Below are positions 35,901-47,976 of a DNA stretch of 64,000 nucleotides, in pieces. The stretch comes from Takakia lepidozioides (lineage: Eukaryota; Plantae; Bryophyta). The stretch's first letter is position 1. The number at the start of each line of letters is the position of its first letter. The notes below the pieces were generated by a model. It ran no database searches, was not told the origin of the DNA, and was given only the letters and a program-made list of their open reading frames with translations. Location of the stretch: the NCBI GenBank assembly GCA_030704615.1, contig CM060733.1:42222001-42286000 (forward strand), in the 5' to 3' direction. The translations under genes were made by a program, and so were the position numbers.

Positions 35901-38507
35901 CATTTCAGGGACCTCATTGTGTTTTCATGAATGCAGGTACTGCAAGTTCTCCCTTTTGGAGAAAGGTCATCTGTCTTTCGAGCCACCATTCTTCCTGGCA
36001 TGGAGGAACCCTGGGGCTGACTCCATGTACACTGACGATATTGTGAAGGAGTGGCATCTGGAACATTTGCGTGATTGCCCTTGGTATGTGGACCTTCCGC
36101 CCGGCTCGCTCGACCCATCCGAGTTTCAATTAAAGATGGATGCTGAATTCCGACGAAACCGGGCTCCGCTGCCTCCGTTGGGTGCAAAAGAGGCAAAAGC
36201 GCTTGCGAACTCCAGGAAAGCGGCAGAGCTTGCTCGGGCAGGAATTCAGGAGAAATTGCATGAGAAGAGTAAAGGCCAAAGGAAAAGGACAAGGAAACAG
36301 GTGAGTGCAGTAACACCCAAAAGAAGAAAACCATCGGGGCATCGGAGGAGGCGCAGGAGGGGACCCAAGAGAGTGACTCGGACGACGACTTTGTTCAAGG
36401 TCCTGTGACTGCTGTTGCTCCTACCCAGTCACCGGTCGTCCGGGTTCCCAAGTCAGTTCGGAGTGGGACTGGCTCTGCCAAGAAGTTGGCATTTGAGGGC
36501 GAGCCTACACGGTGGTATTCGGCGGTGACGTTTACGCACAGGCCAAAGCTAGAACCTCCAACCATCATCCAATGCGTCAATGAGAGCTTCCTTGAGGCTC
36601 TGCTGCCAGGGCGAAGAAGGTGGCACACAACAAGTCTCTGGCGGAGCAGAAGGGGAAAGCCAAGAAGAGGGCTGGCGGTACAGAGCCTAAAGACACCCCT
36701 GGTTTTGAAGCCACGATGGAATTCTTCACGGCTGTGAGCATGAATTGCAAGAGCACTCGGGGGGGGGGTTGAGGTGGAGAGAGCTTGCGACATGATTCTC
36801 CTCGACATTCTAGATGGGGAGCTGCTGGAGGGCCTGGATGGTGTGCCCACCTGGAATAGGTTTACTAAGGACTACTGGAAAGCCGGGTTTTGGCTGGCGG
36901 GGATGCTTCTGGATGACGGTGGATGTGTGGTTGTCCTTGCCACGAGAGGGAAGACCACAGAGAATGCGGTGGCAAGGTGGACACCGAAAAGTGTCACCCG
37001 GTCCTCCTCATAAAATGGTTCTGCATCAGTACACAGGGGTTGCGAACAGAGGGCCAAAGTGTAAGTTATCAATCTATTGCATTCACTTCATATTGTGGTG
37101 TATGTTAAGTAGACCCTCGAGTTGATCCCTTCTTTGTTGGATGTGCAGACATTGGTGTTTGAGGCATATTGCTTTGTGAAGAGAGGGTCTACGTTCAAAT
37201 TCTACAACGATGGTCGTCTTGTTGATGCCGCTGTGGACCCTGTAACCTACGATGTCCTCTACAACTATGTGCCCCACTCCAGTATGCCGAAGGACACAAA
37301 GACAGGCAAACCGTGGCGGTACAGCCGGACCCGGAGCCCTGCTTTCATCCAAACCCTCATGGAGACGTGCTCGGATGTCCAAGGGCGGATTCTGGAATTC
37401 ACATGCGGCACGGGTAAGCCTTCACGTGCTCAGTTTGTCCCCTGGCCCGATTGCAATTGCATGCCGCAAGCTATTAACCGCCCGCTTTGTTCCTCAGGTG
37501 CTTCAATGTGGGCAGGGACGTTGTCTGACAGGCATGTGTTTGCCTTCGAGCCAGATACTGCCCTCCACAACTCGGAACTTGCAGCGGCTGAACGTCTGCC
37601 GAAAGAGGAAGAGGCATCCTCGGAGGATGAGGAAAAATCCGAGAAGGAGCAGGGGGAGGAAGTTGGGATCGAGGCCGAGGAGCCCCCGGTTTACGAGTGA
37701 GTGGTGGCATTGTAAGTTGCCTCCAGATTTCGTGAGGCACCTCCCTCCGCTCTCTTATTTCATTGAAAACCCTTTCTGGTTGTGCTGGTATGACATTCTT
37801 GAAGTGGATTTGTTCTTACTGTAGGATGCCAAGTACTGCCGGAGGGACGTCTACACCAGAGTTCATGGGCAGGAGGAACGTGCTTTTTTTTGCCAGGGGG
37901 GATTTCATGCCTAGTCTAGAAAGGGAGTACATCCTTCCTACTTATGTTGCCCGGCTTGCTTCGGTGTCCATTAGGAGGTGTTCCAAACGTAGTCGTGTAC
38001 AGCAGATTTTAGACGAGGCAAGCCTCAAAAAATGAAGATGAGGGAGGAGGCAGCAGCTATTAGAGCCCGTCGGGCTCGTAGATTTGTCTTGGATTCTGCT
38101 GAGGAAAGTGGGGGAGAAGACGCAGAAGATTCCCAGGAGGTGAGGTGGACAGTCCCCCAAGGAGAGGACGGGATTTTTGAGAGGCATAGTGGAACTGATG
38201 CATCACAGAGCTCGGAGGATGAGGGGGATGAGGGGGATGAAGAAGAAGGTGGGGCAAGTTCCTCGGAGGGTGTAGGAGAGTAGTGCCCATTCCGGCTATG
38301 ACAGTTAGAACACACTTGTATAGACGTGGCTTGCCACAAAATTTGCAATAAAATGTTGCATTTCAAGTCCACTGGTGTCACATTCCAACTTCACATGACC
38401 CTATTTCCGTGCCTCCTAACCCTATTTCCGTGGACTCACAATGGTCTGCTCATGTTTTTTTTTTTTTCCGCTCATGCTCATGCCGCTCATCAAAAATAGC
38501 AGCCCCC

Positions 38508-39503
38508 GCAGTGTTAGCCCAAAATGTAACAGGAAGGATAGATTCACCTGTGTACTATGCTAGCCGATTGATGAACAATGCCGAAAGAAAGAAATTATAG
38601 CACAAACGGAAAGAGAAGCATTGGCAATGATCTATGCAGTGAAGAAATTCAGGCATTACTGTTGGGCAAGAAGTTTATGTTCTATGTGGATCACCAGGCT
38701 CTGATATACCTGGTAAACAAACCTCTAATAAGCGGAAGAATAGCAAGATGGTTGATAATCTTGCACGAGTTTGAGTTCGAGGTTGTTTACAAGCCTGGCA
38801 GACTGCATCTTGTGGCGGATCACTTGTCACGGTTATCAACAGGAGAACCAGCCACAGGAGTAGATGATCAATTACCAGATGCGAGTCTATTTGCAGTGGA
38901 GGTGCAGGGAAGTGCAGATGACTGGTTAGATTGGCAGTGGCCAATCAGATACTACCTTGCTCATGGTCAGTGCCCACCAAGTTATGGAAAGGAGCAGAGA
39001 AAGAGAATTGCTATCAAGGCTCTACCTTACACTATGGTAGGGAGCAGAATGTATAAGCTAGGACCAGATGGAGTGCTGAAGCGATGCTTATACCACCATG
39101 AAGTTAATAAAGTTTTGGAGGAAGTTCATAAAGGAGTGGCAGGAGGTCATTTTGGAGAAGAGACTACCAGCAGGAAAATACTACATGCAGGTTACTGGTG
39201 GCCTACTTTGTTCAAAGATGTACACAAGTATTGTCAGAGTTGTGATGAATGTCAGAGGCTAGGACCTTTGCAGAGATCTGGGAAAATGGCTTTGCATCCT
39301 ACAATGCCTACGGAACCATTTCAGAAATGGGGACTAGACCTTGTTGGACCAATTAATCCACCAGCCAAGAATACACAGAACAGGTACATAATTACAGCCA
39401 CTGATTATACTACGAAGTGGGTGGAAGCTAAAGCTTTGAGGGACAACACAGCCAAGTCCACAGCAAGGTTTCTGTATGAGAACATACTTACACGATTCGG
39501 CTG
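38508..39503 (+). mobile_element. Gypsy copy A, segment 2 (RNase H to integrase N-half)
   Basis: Continues directly from 2852 (AVLAQNVTGRIDSPVYYASR); contains GHFG, CDECQR and PFQKWGLD. Confidence 0.95.
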
Positions 39504-39905
39504 GGGGGCTGCTATTTCATGAGCGGCATGAGCATGAGCGGGAAAAAAAAAAGCATGAGCAGACCATTGTGAGTCCACGGAAATAGGGTTAGGAGGCACG
39601 GAAATAGGGTCATGTGAAGTTGGAATGTGACACCAGTGGACTTGAAATGCAACATTTTATTGCAAATTTTGTGGCAAGCCACGTCTATACAAGTGTGTTC
39701 TAACTGTCATAGCCGGAATGGGCACTACTCTCTTACACCCTCCGAGGCACTTGCCCCACCTTCTTCCTCATCCCCCTCATCCCCCTCATCCTCCGAGCTT
39801 TGTGATGCATCAGTTCCACTATGCCTCTCAAAAATCCCGTCCTCTTGGGGGGCTGTCCACCTCACCTCCTGGGAATCTTCTGCATCTTCTCCCCCATCTT
39901 CTCCC

Positions 39906-40214
39906 CCAAATTTTGTGCGCCGACCTACCTGGCGGATGGAAATCCGGCGCCGGATTTTCATCCATCCGCTCTTCGAATTACCTGCATGACTGGAAAAATG
40001 GCGCCGAATTTCCGATTTTGGTGCCAGCCATCCTAGGGACTTACCCATTTTCGGCCCCGAAAATGGCTAAGTCCCAGATCTGATAGGGTGCGGAACTGGA
40101 AAAATGGTGTCGAATTTCCAGTTGCGGTTCTAGCCATCGTAGGGACTTAGCCATTTTCGGGGCCGAAAATGGCTAAGTCCTAGATCTGACTCAGCCCCAA
40201 ACTGGAAAAATAAC

Positions 40215-40260
<46 letters not shown>

Positions 40261-43160
40261 CCGGCGCCATTTTTCGGGGCCGAAAATGGCTAAGTCCCAG
40301 ATCTGACTGGGCCCAGAACTGGAAAAATGGCGCCGAATTTCCGATTTTGGGTGCTAGTCAGATCTGGGACTTAGCCGTTTTCGGCCTCGAACTGGAAAAA
40401 TGGAGTTTTTTTTTTTTTTTTTTCTTTTGGTTTTGTTTTCGGCGCCATTTTTCCAGTTCAAGGCCGAAAATGGCCTGACTGGCACCAAAATCGGAAATTC
40501 GGCGCCATTTTTCCAGTCATGCAGGTAATTCGAAGAGCGGATGGATGGAAATCCGGCGCCGGATTTCCATCCGCCAGGTAGGTCGGCGCGCAAAATTTCC
40601 ATCATGCAGGTAATTCGGAGCGAGGATGGATGGAAATCCGGCACCGGATTTCCATCCATCCGCTCTTCGAATTACCTCCATGACTGGAAAAATGGCGCCG
40701 AATTTCCGATTTTGGTGCCAGTCAGATCTGGGACTTCGCCGTTTTGGCCCCGAACTAAAAAATCAGGTTTTTTCTTTTCTCTTTTTTTCTTTTTTTTTCT
40801 TCGCCATTTTTCCAGTTCGGTGCCAAAAATGGCTAAGTCCCAGATGTGACTGGCACCAAAATCGGAAATTCGGCGCCATCTTTCCAGTCATGCAGGTAAT
40901 TCGAAGAGCGGATGGATGGAAATCCGGCGCCGGATTTCTATCCGCCAGGTAGGTCGGCGCGCAAAATTTCCATCATGCAGGTAATTCGGAGCGCGGATGG
41001 ATGGAAGTCCGGCGCCGGATTTCCATCCATCGCTCTTCGAATTACCTCCATGACTAGAAAAATGGCGCCGAATTTCCGATTTTGGTGCCAGTCAGATCTG
41101 GGACTTAGCCGTTTTCGGCCCCAAAAATGGCGTTTTTTTTTTTTTTTTTTTTTCCAGTTCGGGGCCAAAAATGGCTAAGTCCCAGATCTGACTGGCACCA
41201 AAATCGGAAATTCGGCGCGCATTTTTCCAGTCATGCAGGTAATTCGAAGAGCGGATGGATGGAAATCCGGCGCCGGATTTCCATCCCTGGTAGGTCGGCG
41301 CGCAAAATTTCCATCATGCAGGTAATTCGGAGCGAGGATAGATGGAAATCCGGCGCGGGATTTCCATCCATCCGATCTTCGAATTACCATGACTGGAAAA
41401 ATGGCGCCGAATTTCCGATTTTGGTGCCAGTCAGATCTGGGACTTAGCCGTTTTCGGCCCAGAACAGGAAAAATGGCGGTTTTTTTTTTTTTTTTTTTTT
41501 TTGGGCGCCATTTTTCTAGTTCGGGGCCGAAAATGGCTAAGTCCCAGATGTGACTGGCACCAAAATCGGAAATTCGGCGCCATTTTTCCAGTCATGCAGG
41601 TAATTCGAAGAGCGGATGGATGGAAATCCCGCGCCGGATTTCCATCCGCCAGGTAAAATTTCCATCATGCAGGTAATTCGGAGCGCGGATGGATGGAAAT
41701 CCGGCGCCGGATTTCCATCCTCCAGGTAAGTCGGTGCTGCAAATTCGGTAGGGCGGCGCGCCAAATTTCCCTCACGCAGGTAATTCGGAAGCGGATGGAT
41801 AGAAATCCGGCGCCGGATTTCCATCTGCGCAGGTAGGGCGGCGCGCGAAATTTCCCTCACGCAGGTAATTCCGAAGCGGATGGATTGAAATCCGGCGCCG
41901 AATTTCCATCCAGCAGGTAAGTGGAATCCCGGATGGATGGAAATCCGGCGCTGCATTTCCATCCAGCAGGTAAGTGGAATCCCGGATGGATGGAGATCCG
42001 GCGCCGCATTTCCATCCTGCAGGTAATTCAAATCCCGTATGGATGGAAATTCGTCGCCGAATTTCCATTCACCAGGTATTTCATCTCTCAGAATTACCTT
42101 CCTGCAGGTAATTCTGATCGATGGATTACCTTCCTGCAGGTAATTCTGAGCGAGGAATTACCTTCCTACCTTCATCGATCAGAATTACCTGCAGGAAGGT
42201 AATTCTCCGATCAGAATTACCTGCAGGAAGGTAATTCTGAGCGATGAAATACCTGGTGAATGGAAATTCGGCGCCGAATTTCCATCCATCCGTGATTCGA
42301 ATTACCTGCAGGATGGAAATTCGGCGCCGGATTTCCATCCATCGGGGATTCGAATTACCTGCAGGATGGAAATGCGGCGCCGGATTTCCATCCATCCGGG
42401 ATTCCACTTACCTGCTGGATGGAAATTCGGCGCCGGGGTTCCATCCATCCGGGATTGCACTTACCTGCTGGATGGAAATTCGGCGCCGAATTTCCATCCG
42501 GGGGATGGTCTCTGTCGGAGAGGTGCCGGCCTCTCCGCCGCTCTGTTGGATATTCGTGCCGAATTTCCGTCCGGGGTTGAAATATGACGGCCAGTGCCGA
42601 CCTCTGCCCCTCCCCGACTGCATTGGAACGGCCCCGGATTGAAATTCGGCGCCGTTTTCCCATCTGGGGAGGTTTTTATGTCGGCCAGTTTTCGGTCTGA
42701 CCCCCCGACACGACTTCCTTTGGGAGGGCCCGGATGGAAATTCGGCGCCGAATCTCCATCCAGGGGATGCTCTCTGTCGAACACGTGCCGACCTCTACGC
42801 CCGAGGCGACTTCATCCGGGCGTCCCCTGTTCGATATTCGGTGCCGAATTTCCGTCCGGGGGTTGAAATGTGACTGCCAAGTACCGGCCTCTCCCCCCCC
42901 CCGAGTGCATCCGAACCGCCCCGGATGAAATTCGGCGCCGTTTTTTCCATCTGGGGATGTTTTTTATGCGGCCAGTTCTCGGCCTGACCCCCCGACACAC
43001 GACTTCCTTTGGGGGGGCCCGGAGGAAATTCGGCGCCAATCTCCATCCAGGGGATGTTCTCTGTCGCACACGCGCCGGCCTCTGCGCCCGAGGCAACTTC
43101 ATCCGGGCTTCCCCTGTTGGATATTGGGTGCCGAATTTCCATTTGGGGGTAGTAATGTGA
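39906..43160. repeat. Expanded palindrome-motif array with poly-T tracts
   Basis: Dozens of GGAAAT(T/C)CGGCGCCG(A/G)ATTTCC variants; a perfect 30-bp palindrome at 42470-42499; a 45-nt T run at 40216-40260. Confidence 0.9.
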
Positions 43161-43260
43161 CGGCACGGTGCCGGCTTCTCCCCTTCAGCCGTCATCATCC
43201 GGACGGCCCCCACTTTCTGACTGCATACCGTTGGCAGTTATTGCGCAAAGACCAGGGGCC

Positions 43261-44650
43261 CACGACAAACATGGCCGAATCAGTGCACTCTTCTTGGCGT
43301 GCCTCCTCTGCAGCGCATCTGGTGGACATCCTCACTGCCACAACGGAGGACATTGTGAGGTCAATTATGCAGCAATGCAGGTACAACGAGTTCTTGAAAG
43401 GGAAACAGTGGGGCTTGGGGCCGGACAGGTAGGAAATGCTGATGCGGACTGCCTGTAGATCGAAGAATCCTCGGAAGTGGGCGGCGGCCTTGCGAGAGGG
43501 CCTTCGGGACACGCCATTGCTGCGAAGAGGCCAACATCTGGAAAGAGATGTTCATACCCGTCCAGTGAGATGAAGACTTGACGAGGCACTGGCGGAGAAG
43601 AGGATTCATGGCGAGCTGACAAGAATATTCGCACGCTCCCTCGTGGTCCGGGTTGTGATGTTCGGAGGAGGTCTCGTCGAGCACCGCAAGTCCTGCACGT
43701 TCAAGATCGCCATCTCCTTTGAGCACAGGGCGCGTGCCCCGGCAACATAACGAGCCATCTGTAGTAAAGCAGTACAACATTCCCATTGTGGAGACAAGAG
43801 TGTCGGAGTCACAATGGAGAATTGCGATGACATTGCCGGCATTTCGAGGGAAGTGCTGCGCCATCCGGTGGATACGAGAGCACGCTGTGGTGAGATGATT
43901 TGGAGGAACCCACACGGTGCTGTACCTGCACCTTGTTTCAGCGGCAGATTTTTGACTCCCACATTTGCTCACGCCACAACGCAGACATTTTGGTTCTATA
44001 GGCACGATATAATGACCTGTGTATTTGGCAAGCCCAAGTACGGGATTCAGGGAATGCCGGAGCCTCCGGGCGTCTGGCCTGTTGCACCGGGTTGCAGCCT
44101 CTCTCAGAATGAGGCGGATGCTCTATCTGCAGCAGGATTTCGAATGGTGCAACGCACAGACATCCCGGCCCACGCATTTTCGGTTCCTCAGACCCAGCCA
44201 TTGCAGACTGCTCGGTCCAGTAGAGACGGATTGGACAATTCTGCACATCCCACAATGCGATTCGGAAGAGTGAAGAGACGACACCCTCCCAACAAGTTGA
44301 ATGAGACTCGGATTGCCAATGCTCTTGGGATGGCTTGCACTATTCAGAGCTCCGTGGACGTACCCCCACCCGGCCTTGGGCGTGTGTATCGGATGGCAAC
44401 GGCCGGCTCGGCTGTACGCGACGATGTATACACAATTACGATTGGAGTGGAGCCGACTTGCAATTGTACGAACTTCTTGTTGATGGAAGCAAAGAATGGT
44501 TCCAAGTATTATCCGTGCAAGCATCTGTATTACATTTACCTGAAAAGATTGAGGATGAACGTGACTATTGATGACTTTATTCATGCACCGGCGTTGAGCG
44601 TGAAACGAGCTGCACAAACTCCTCCTTAGGGATTCCAGAAATCATTGATG
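43261..44650 (+). pseudogene. 3' remnant of the MULE family 1 transposase (catalytic E region to SWIM)
   Basis: TTNMAESVHSSW...CNCTNF...CKHLY; in-frame stops and frameshifts. Confidence 0.88.
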
Positions 44651-45472
44651 GGGCAAAGGGAATCCTCCATATGGATATTTTCAATTGCATTTTGCTGTAT
44701 CAGACTTTTTTTTTGCAGTGTAATGAAATGCACCCCAAAAACTCCTGAAATGAGGCAATATTCCATTCAAACTGAGATCCAACAGAAGCAGTTGTGGGGC
44801 CATTTCTGGAAAATAGCGCCGAATTTCTTTTTTTGGGCCGAAAACTGCTAAGTCCCACATGCATTGGTACCTGTGTCTGGGAAAATGGCGCCGAATTTCT
44901 CTTTTTTGGGCCGAAAACTGGCTAACTCCCAACATGCACTGGTACCGTGTCTGGAAAAATGGCGCCGAATTTCTCTTTTTTGGGCCGAAAACTGGCTAAG
45001 TCCAACATGCACTGGTACAGTGTCTGAAAAATGTCGCCGAATTTCCTATTTTGCGCCGAAAAACTGGCTAAGTCCGAAACATGCACTGGAAAAATGGCGC
45101 CGAATTACCTGTCATGAGGGGACCTATAGCCGCGGAATTCGGCACCATTTTTCGCCAGAGAGACCTATTACCGCGAAATACGTCGCCGTTTTTTCAGGTT
45201 ACGGACCCTATTACCACGAAATTCGGCGCCATATTTGCACATGTCGCTGGGAATTGGCATGAGCGGAAGACGAAATATCATGAGCACAACTGTCAAAACT
45301 GCAATTTCCCTTCAAGGGCCGAATAATATATTTGTTTTTCCTGACACATTGCATTAAATTATTGTTTTTTTTGTTTTTATTTTCGAAATTGTACTTCTGC
45401 TCATGAAAACCGATTGTCTTACTACTCTGCTCATGCCGCTCATGCCGCTCATGCTCATGAAATAACAAACCT

Positions 45473-47976
45473 TATTTGGCTGTCCCTTGGAATTTATCAG
45501 TGATCAGGGAAGTCACTTCATTAATGAGACCATTGAATTATTGACTAAAGAGTTCATGATTGTGCATAGAAAGAGTACAACATATTACCCACAGGGTAAT
45601 GGGCAGGCAGAGGCTACCAACAAAATACTATGTACTATCTTGACTAAGATAGTCAATGCAAACAGAACAGATTGGGATACAAAGCTGCTGACAGCTTTGT
45701 GGTCATACAGGACTTCATATAAAGTCACCACTAAGTATACACCATTCCAATTAGTTTATGGTATGGAAGCTTTACTTCCAGTGGAATTCCTGTTACCTAC
45801 CATGAGAACGGAATGGGGAAAGAGAATGGAATTGCAAGATTCCATTAAGGTCAGGAAACATGAATTATACCATATGGAAGAAGTACGTGCTGATGCAGCT
45901 GATAATATGACCAGAATTCATGAAGAGAGAAAGGAACAGTTTGAAGGCAAGATAAAGACTTTTAAGACGGAGAGATTGGTTCTATGGTTGCAGAAGAAGG
46001 GGAAAGATTAAAGCTTCTAAGCTTAAATCACCATGGAAAGGACCTTATGTCATACAAAGATGTATGATAACAACACCGCCATGTTACAACCATTAACAAA
46101 GAAATGCTGGGAAGAGTCAATGCCAATAAGTTGAAGGGGTACAGTGGTATCCATGACCAACCATTACAGCATGATTTGCATGTTGAAACGCAAAGGCCGT
46201 CACGGGCTGCGCCAGTGTTACCAACGGAATATGGACACTTGTCGCTAGGCCGAGCATATATGACCGGGGGGCAGAACAAGCGCGACACAGCCTATCACAG
46301 CCATCAAGCGCGAAACAGCCTATCACAGCCCATCAAGGCACGACAAAGCCTATCACCATCAAGGCGCGACACAGATATCACAACCGACCACAGCGTGTCA
46401 CGCCTATCACAGCTTACCATGTATCCCAAGCCTATCACGGCTTACCACAGTGTATCACAGCCTATCACGGCATACCCCAGTATGACACAGCCTGTCACAG
46501 CTTAACACAGCCTACTAGGGTTACACAATCCATAGAATCAGTGACAGGTGGACGCAGGATAACTTCAAGGAAATGGCCGGCGGAAGAAAGGACGAAAGTC
46601 AGTTTAGAAAGGGACACGTGGAAGTCAGGGCGCAATACAAAGCTGAGAAGGAAGTGCAAGAACAGATCTCATCAAGAAAGAGGACAAGAATGGCCGTCAA
46701 AATACCTAATCAGCGCGTCAATTTGGATGAATGGCGGGCCCATTAATGAATACAGAAAAGGGGCAACAGAACAAACGGCAAGTATAGAAAAACGAAATTC
46801 TTGTCACATGTGCTATCCCAGTGGACAGTCCAGCAGGGAAAGTCCACTAAAGAAAAATTAAATCTAAAATCCAGTCACAGCGGTTACAGCCAATCGAAAG
46901 CCAGAGAAGGGATCAAGAAATTGGAGGGAATAAAAGCGCAAGAGTCGGTGTCGTTCTAAGTAACGGGCGTCGCGACGGGACAAACCATCAATGCGATAGC
47001 TTTGAAGCTATGGAGGAACTAACAGACTATACGCTCGCAATATTACTTACGCAGTGGCATAGGGACGAAAGAACATAACGGATCGTTTCTCTTGATCGAT
47101 GTTTGCAAGCCCCGCAGGCTTACAAGAAATTACCCATAGCTTTTTGTGACAACCATACGTTTATGCTTTGTGCACTACAGGCATTTCTTCAATTGTTACA
47201 GCCAAAACATTTCTGTGGGTCTAGAATGAGAGAGAGTGAGAGGAATGGAAGAAATCAGGGTGAAGAGCACACAATCCTGCCAGAAACAAACGATTGCTAC
47301 TCCACAGGCGGTGAAGTTACTGAAAGAGCTGCGATTGGAAGGATTGCAAAGCAAAGATTGGACATTGCACCATAGACAGTGCATGTTACAATTCTTGCAG
47401 AACTTTGAGCCAAGGACAGGAGCAACAACGGTGAAGGGAGTTGAATTACTAATTACTCCCCTATACCTACAGCAATTGTTTCGATTGCCAGCAAGCCAGG
47501 TGCATGTGGAGGAGCACAGGGCAAGACTGCAAATAGGGGACTTATTCCAAGAAGGGAGTTTCTTTAAAACTCAGGGTTATGCTTGTACCAAGGCCGTGTA
47601 CCTAGGGCTAAGAGAGGTAGGCCAGGTATTGAACGTTCTGTTTGCCATGAAACAGAACCAACAGTATTTGAGCAGATCCTTCACAGAAGAAATACTCAAA
47701 GCCCTGAGAGGAGAAGAGGTAGAATGGGCGGACATAATGTACAACGTACTGGTAGAGGAGATGAAAAGATTACAGGGTACTGCCGCAAAGTCTCCTATCA
47801 TAGTGTCTGGCCCAATTATTGCTCAAATAATTCTTGATTCTGGCATACTTGATGCGCGAGAAAGAAAGGAGATGGGAGTGTTTGAGCCAGAAACCACTGC
47901 AATGGAAGAGCAAGGCTCTTCACACAGTGAGGGTGGACTGGCAGGGCAACCCGAGACTAAGAGACAGAGACGGGGA
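45473..47976 (+). mobile_element. Gypsy copy A, segment 3 (integrase C-half, spacer, 5' part of the extra ORF); truncated, no 3' LTR
   Basis: ISDQGSHF...YPQGNGQAE. Colinear with B 11660-14085, then an abrupt switch to the tandem array. Confidence 0.92.

Larger units (their letters stand above)
21694..38283 (+). pseudogene. Second (cargo) gene of the MULE: low-complexity N-terminus, ParB/Sulfiredoxin-like domain, beta-class N4C/N6A DNA methyltransferase-like domain, acidic tail. Multi-exon, interrupted by element C; start uncertain.
   Basis: The frame is restored across C (EEEERTPERARIVQVRGEARERAVETGRVLEV). Motifs: VWDGNHRLLAW (DGNHR at 33820-33834), CDMILLDILDG (36786-36818) and spliced GRILEFTCGTGASMWAGTLSDRHVFAFEPD. 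GT-AG introns at ~33975-34092, 34283-34385, 34881-34975, 35189-35936, 37061-37148, 37414-37497 and 37697-37824. Confidence 0.75.
2853..38507. mobile_element. Mutator-like (MULE) DNA transposon, family 1, full-length copy (~12.9 kb once the two nested retrotransposons are removed)
   Basis: Perfect 10-bp TSD GCAGTGTTAG at 2843-2852 and 38508-38517 inside Gypsy A RNase H. Imperfect short TIRs: left AGGTTTGCTATTTCATGAGCATGAGCGG, right (reverse complement) GGGGGCTGCTATTTTTGATGAGCGGCATGAGC. Encodes a MULE-type transposase. Confidence 0.9.
39504..45472. mobile_element. Internally deleted, non-autonomous copy of MULE family 1 in inverted orientation
   Basis: Same termini as 2853 and 38507, reversed. 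Imperfect 10-bp TSD GATTCGGCTG (39494-39503) / TATTTGGCTG (45473-45482). 39504-39900 is the reverse complement of 38105-38507, and 43261-45472 is the reverse complement of 2853-5050. Confidence 0.9.

Noticed and set aside
40216-40260. 45-nt poly-T as the tail of a LINE/SINE or retrocopy
   Set aside because: Similar T runs recur at equivalent positions in neighbouring repeat units (40405, 41133, 41479). No retroposon body or TSD is present.
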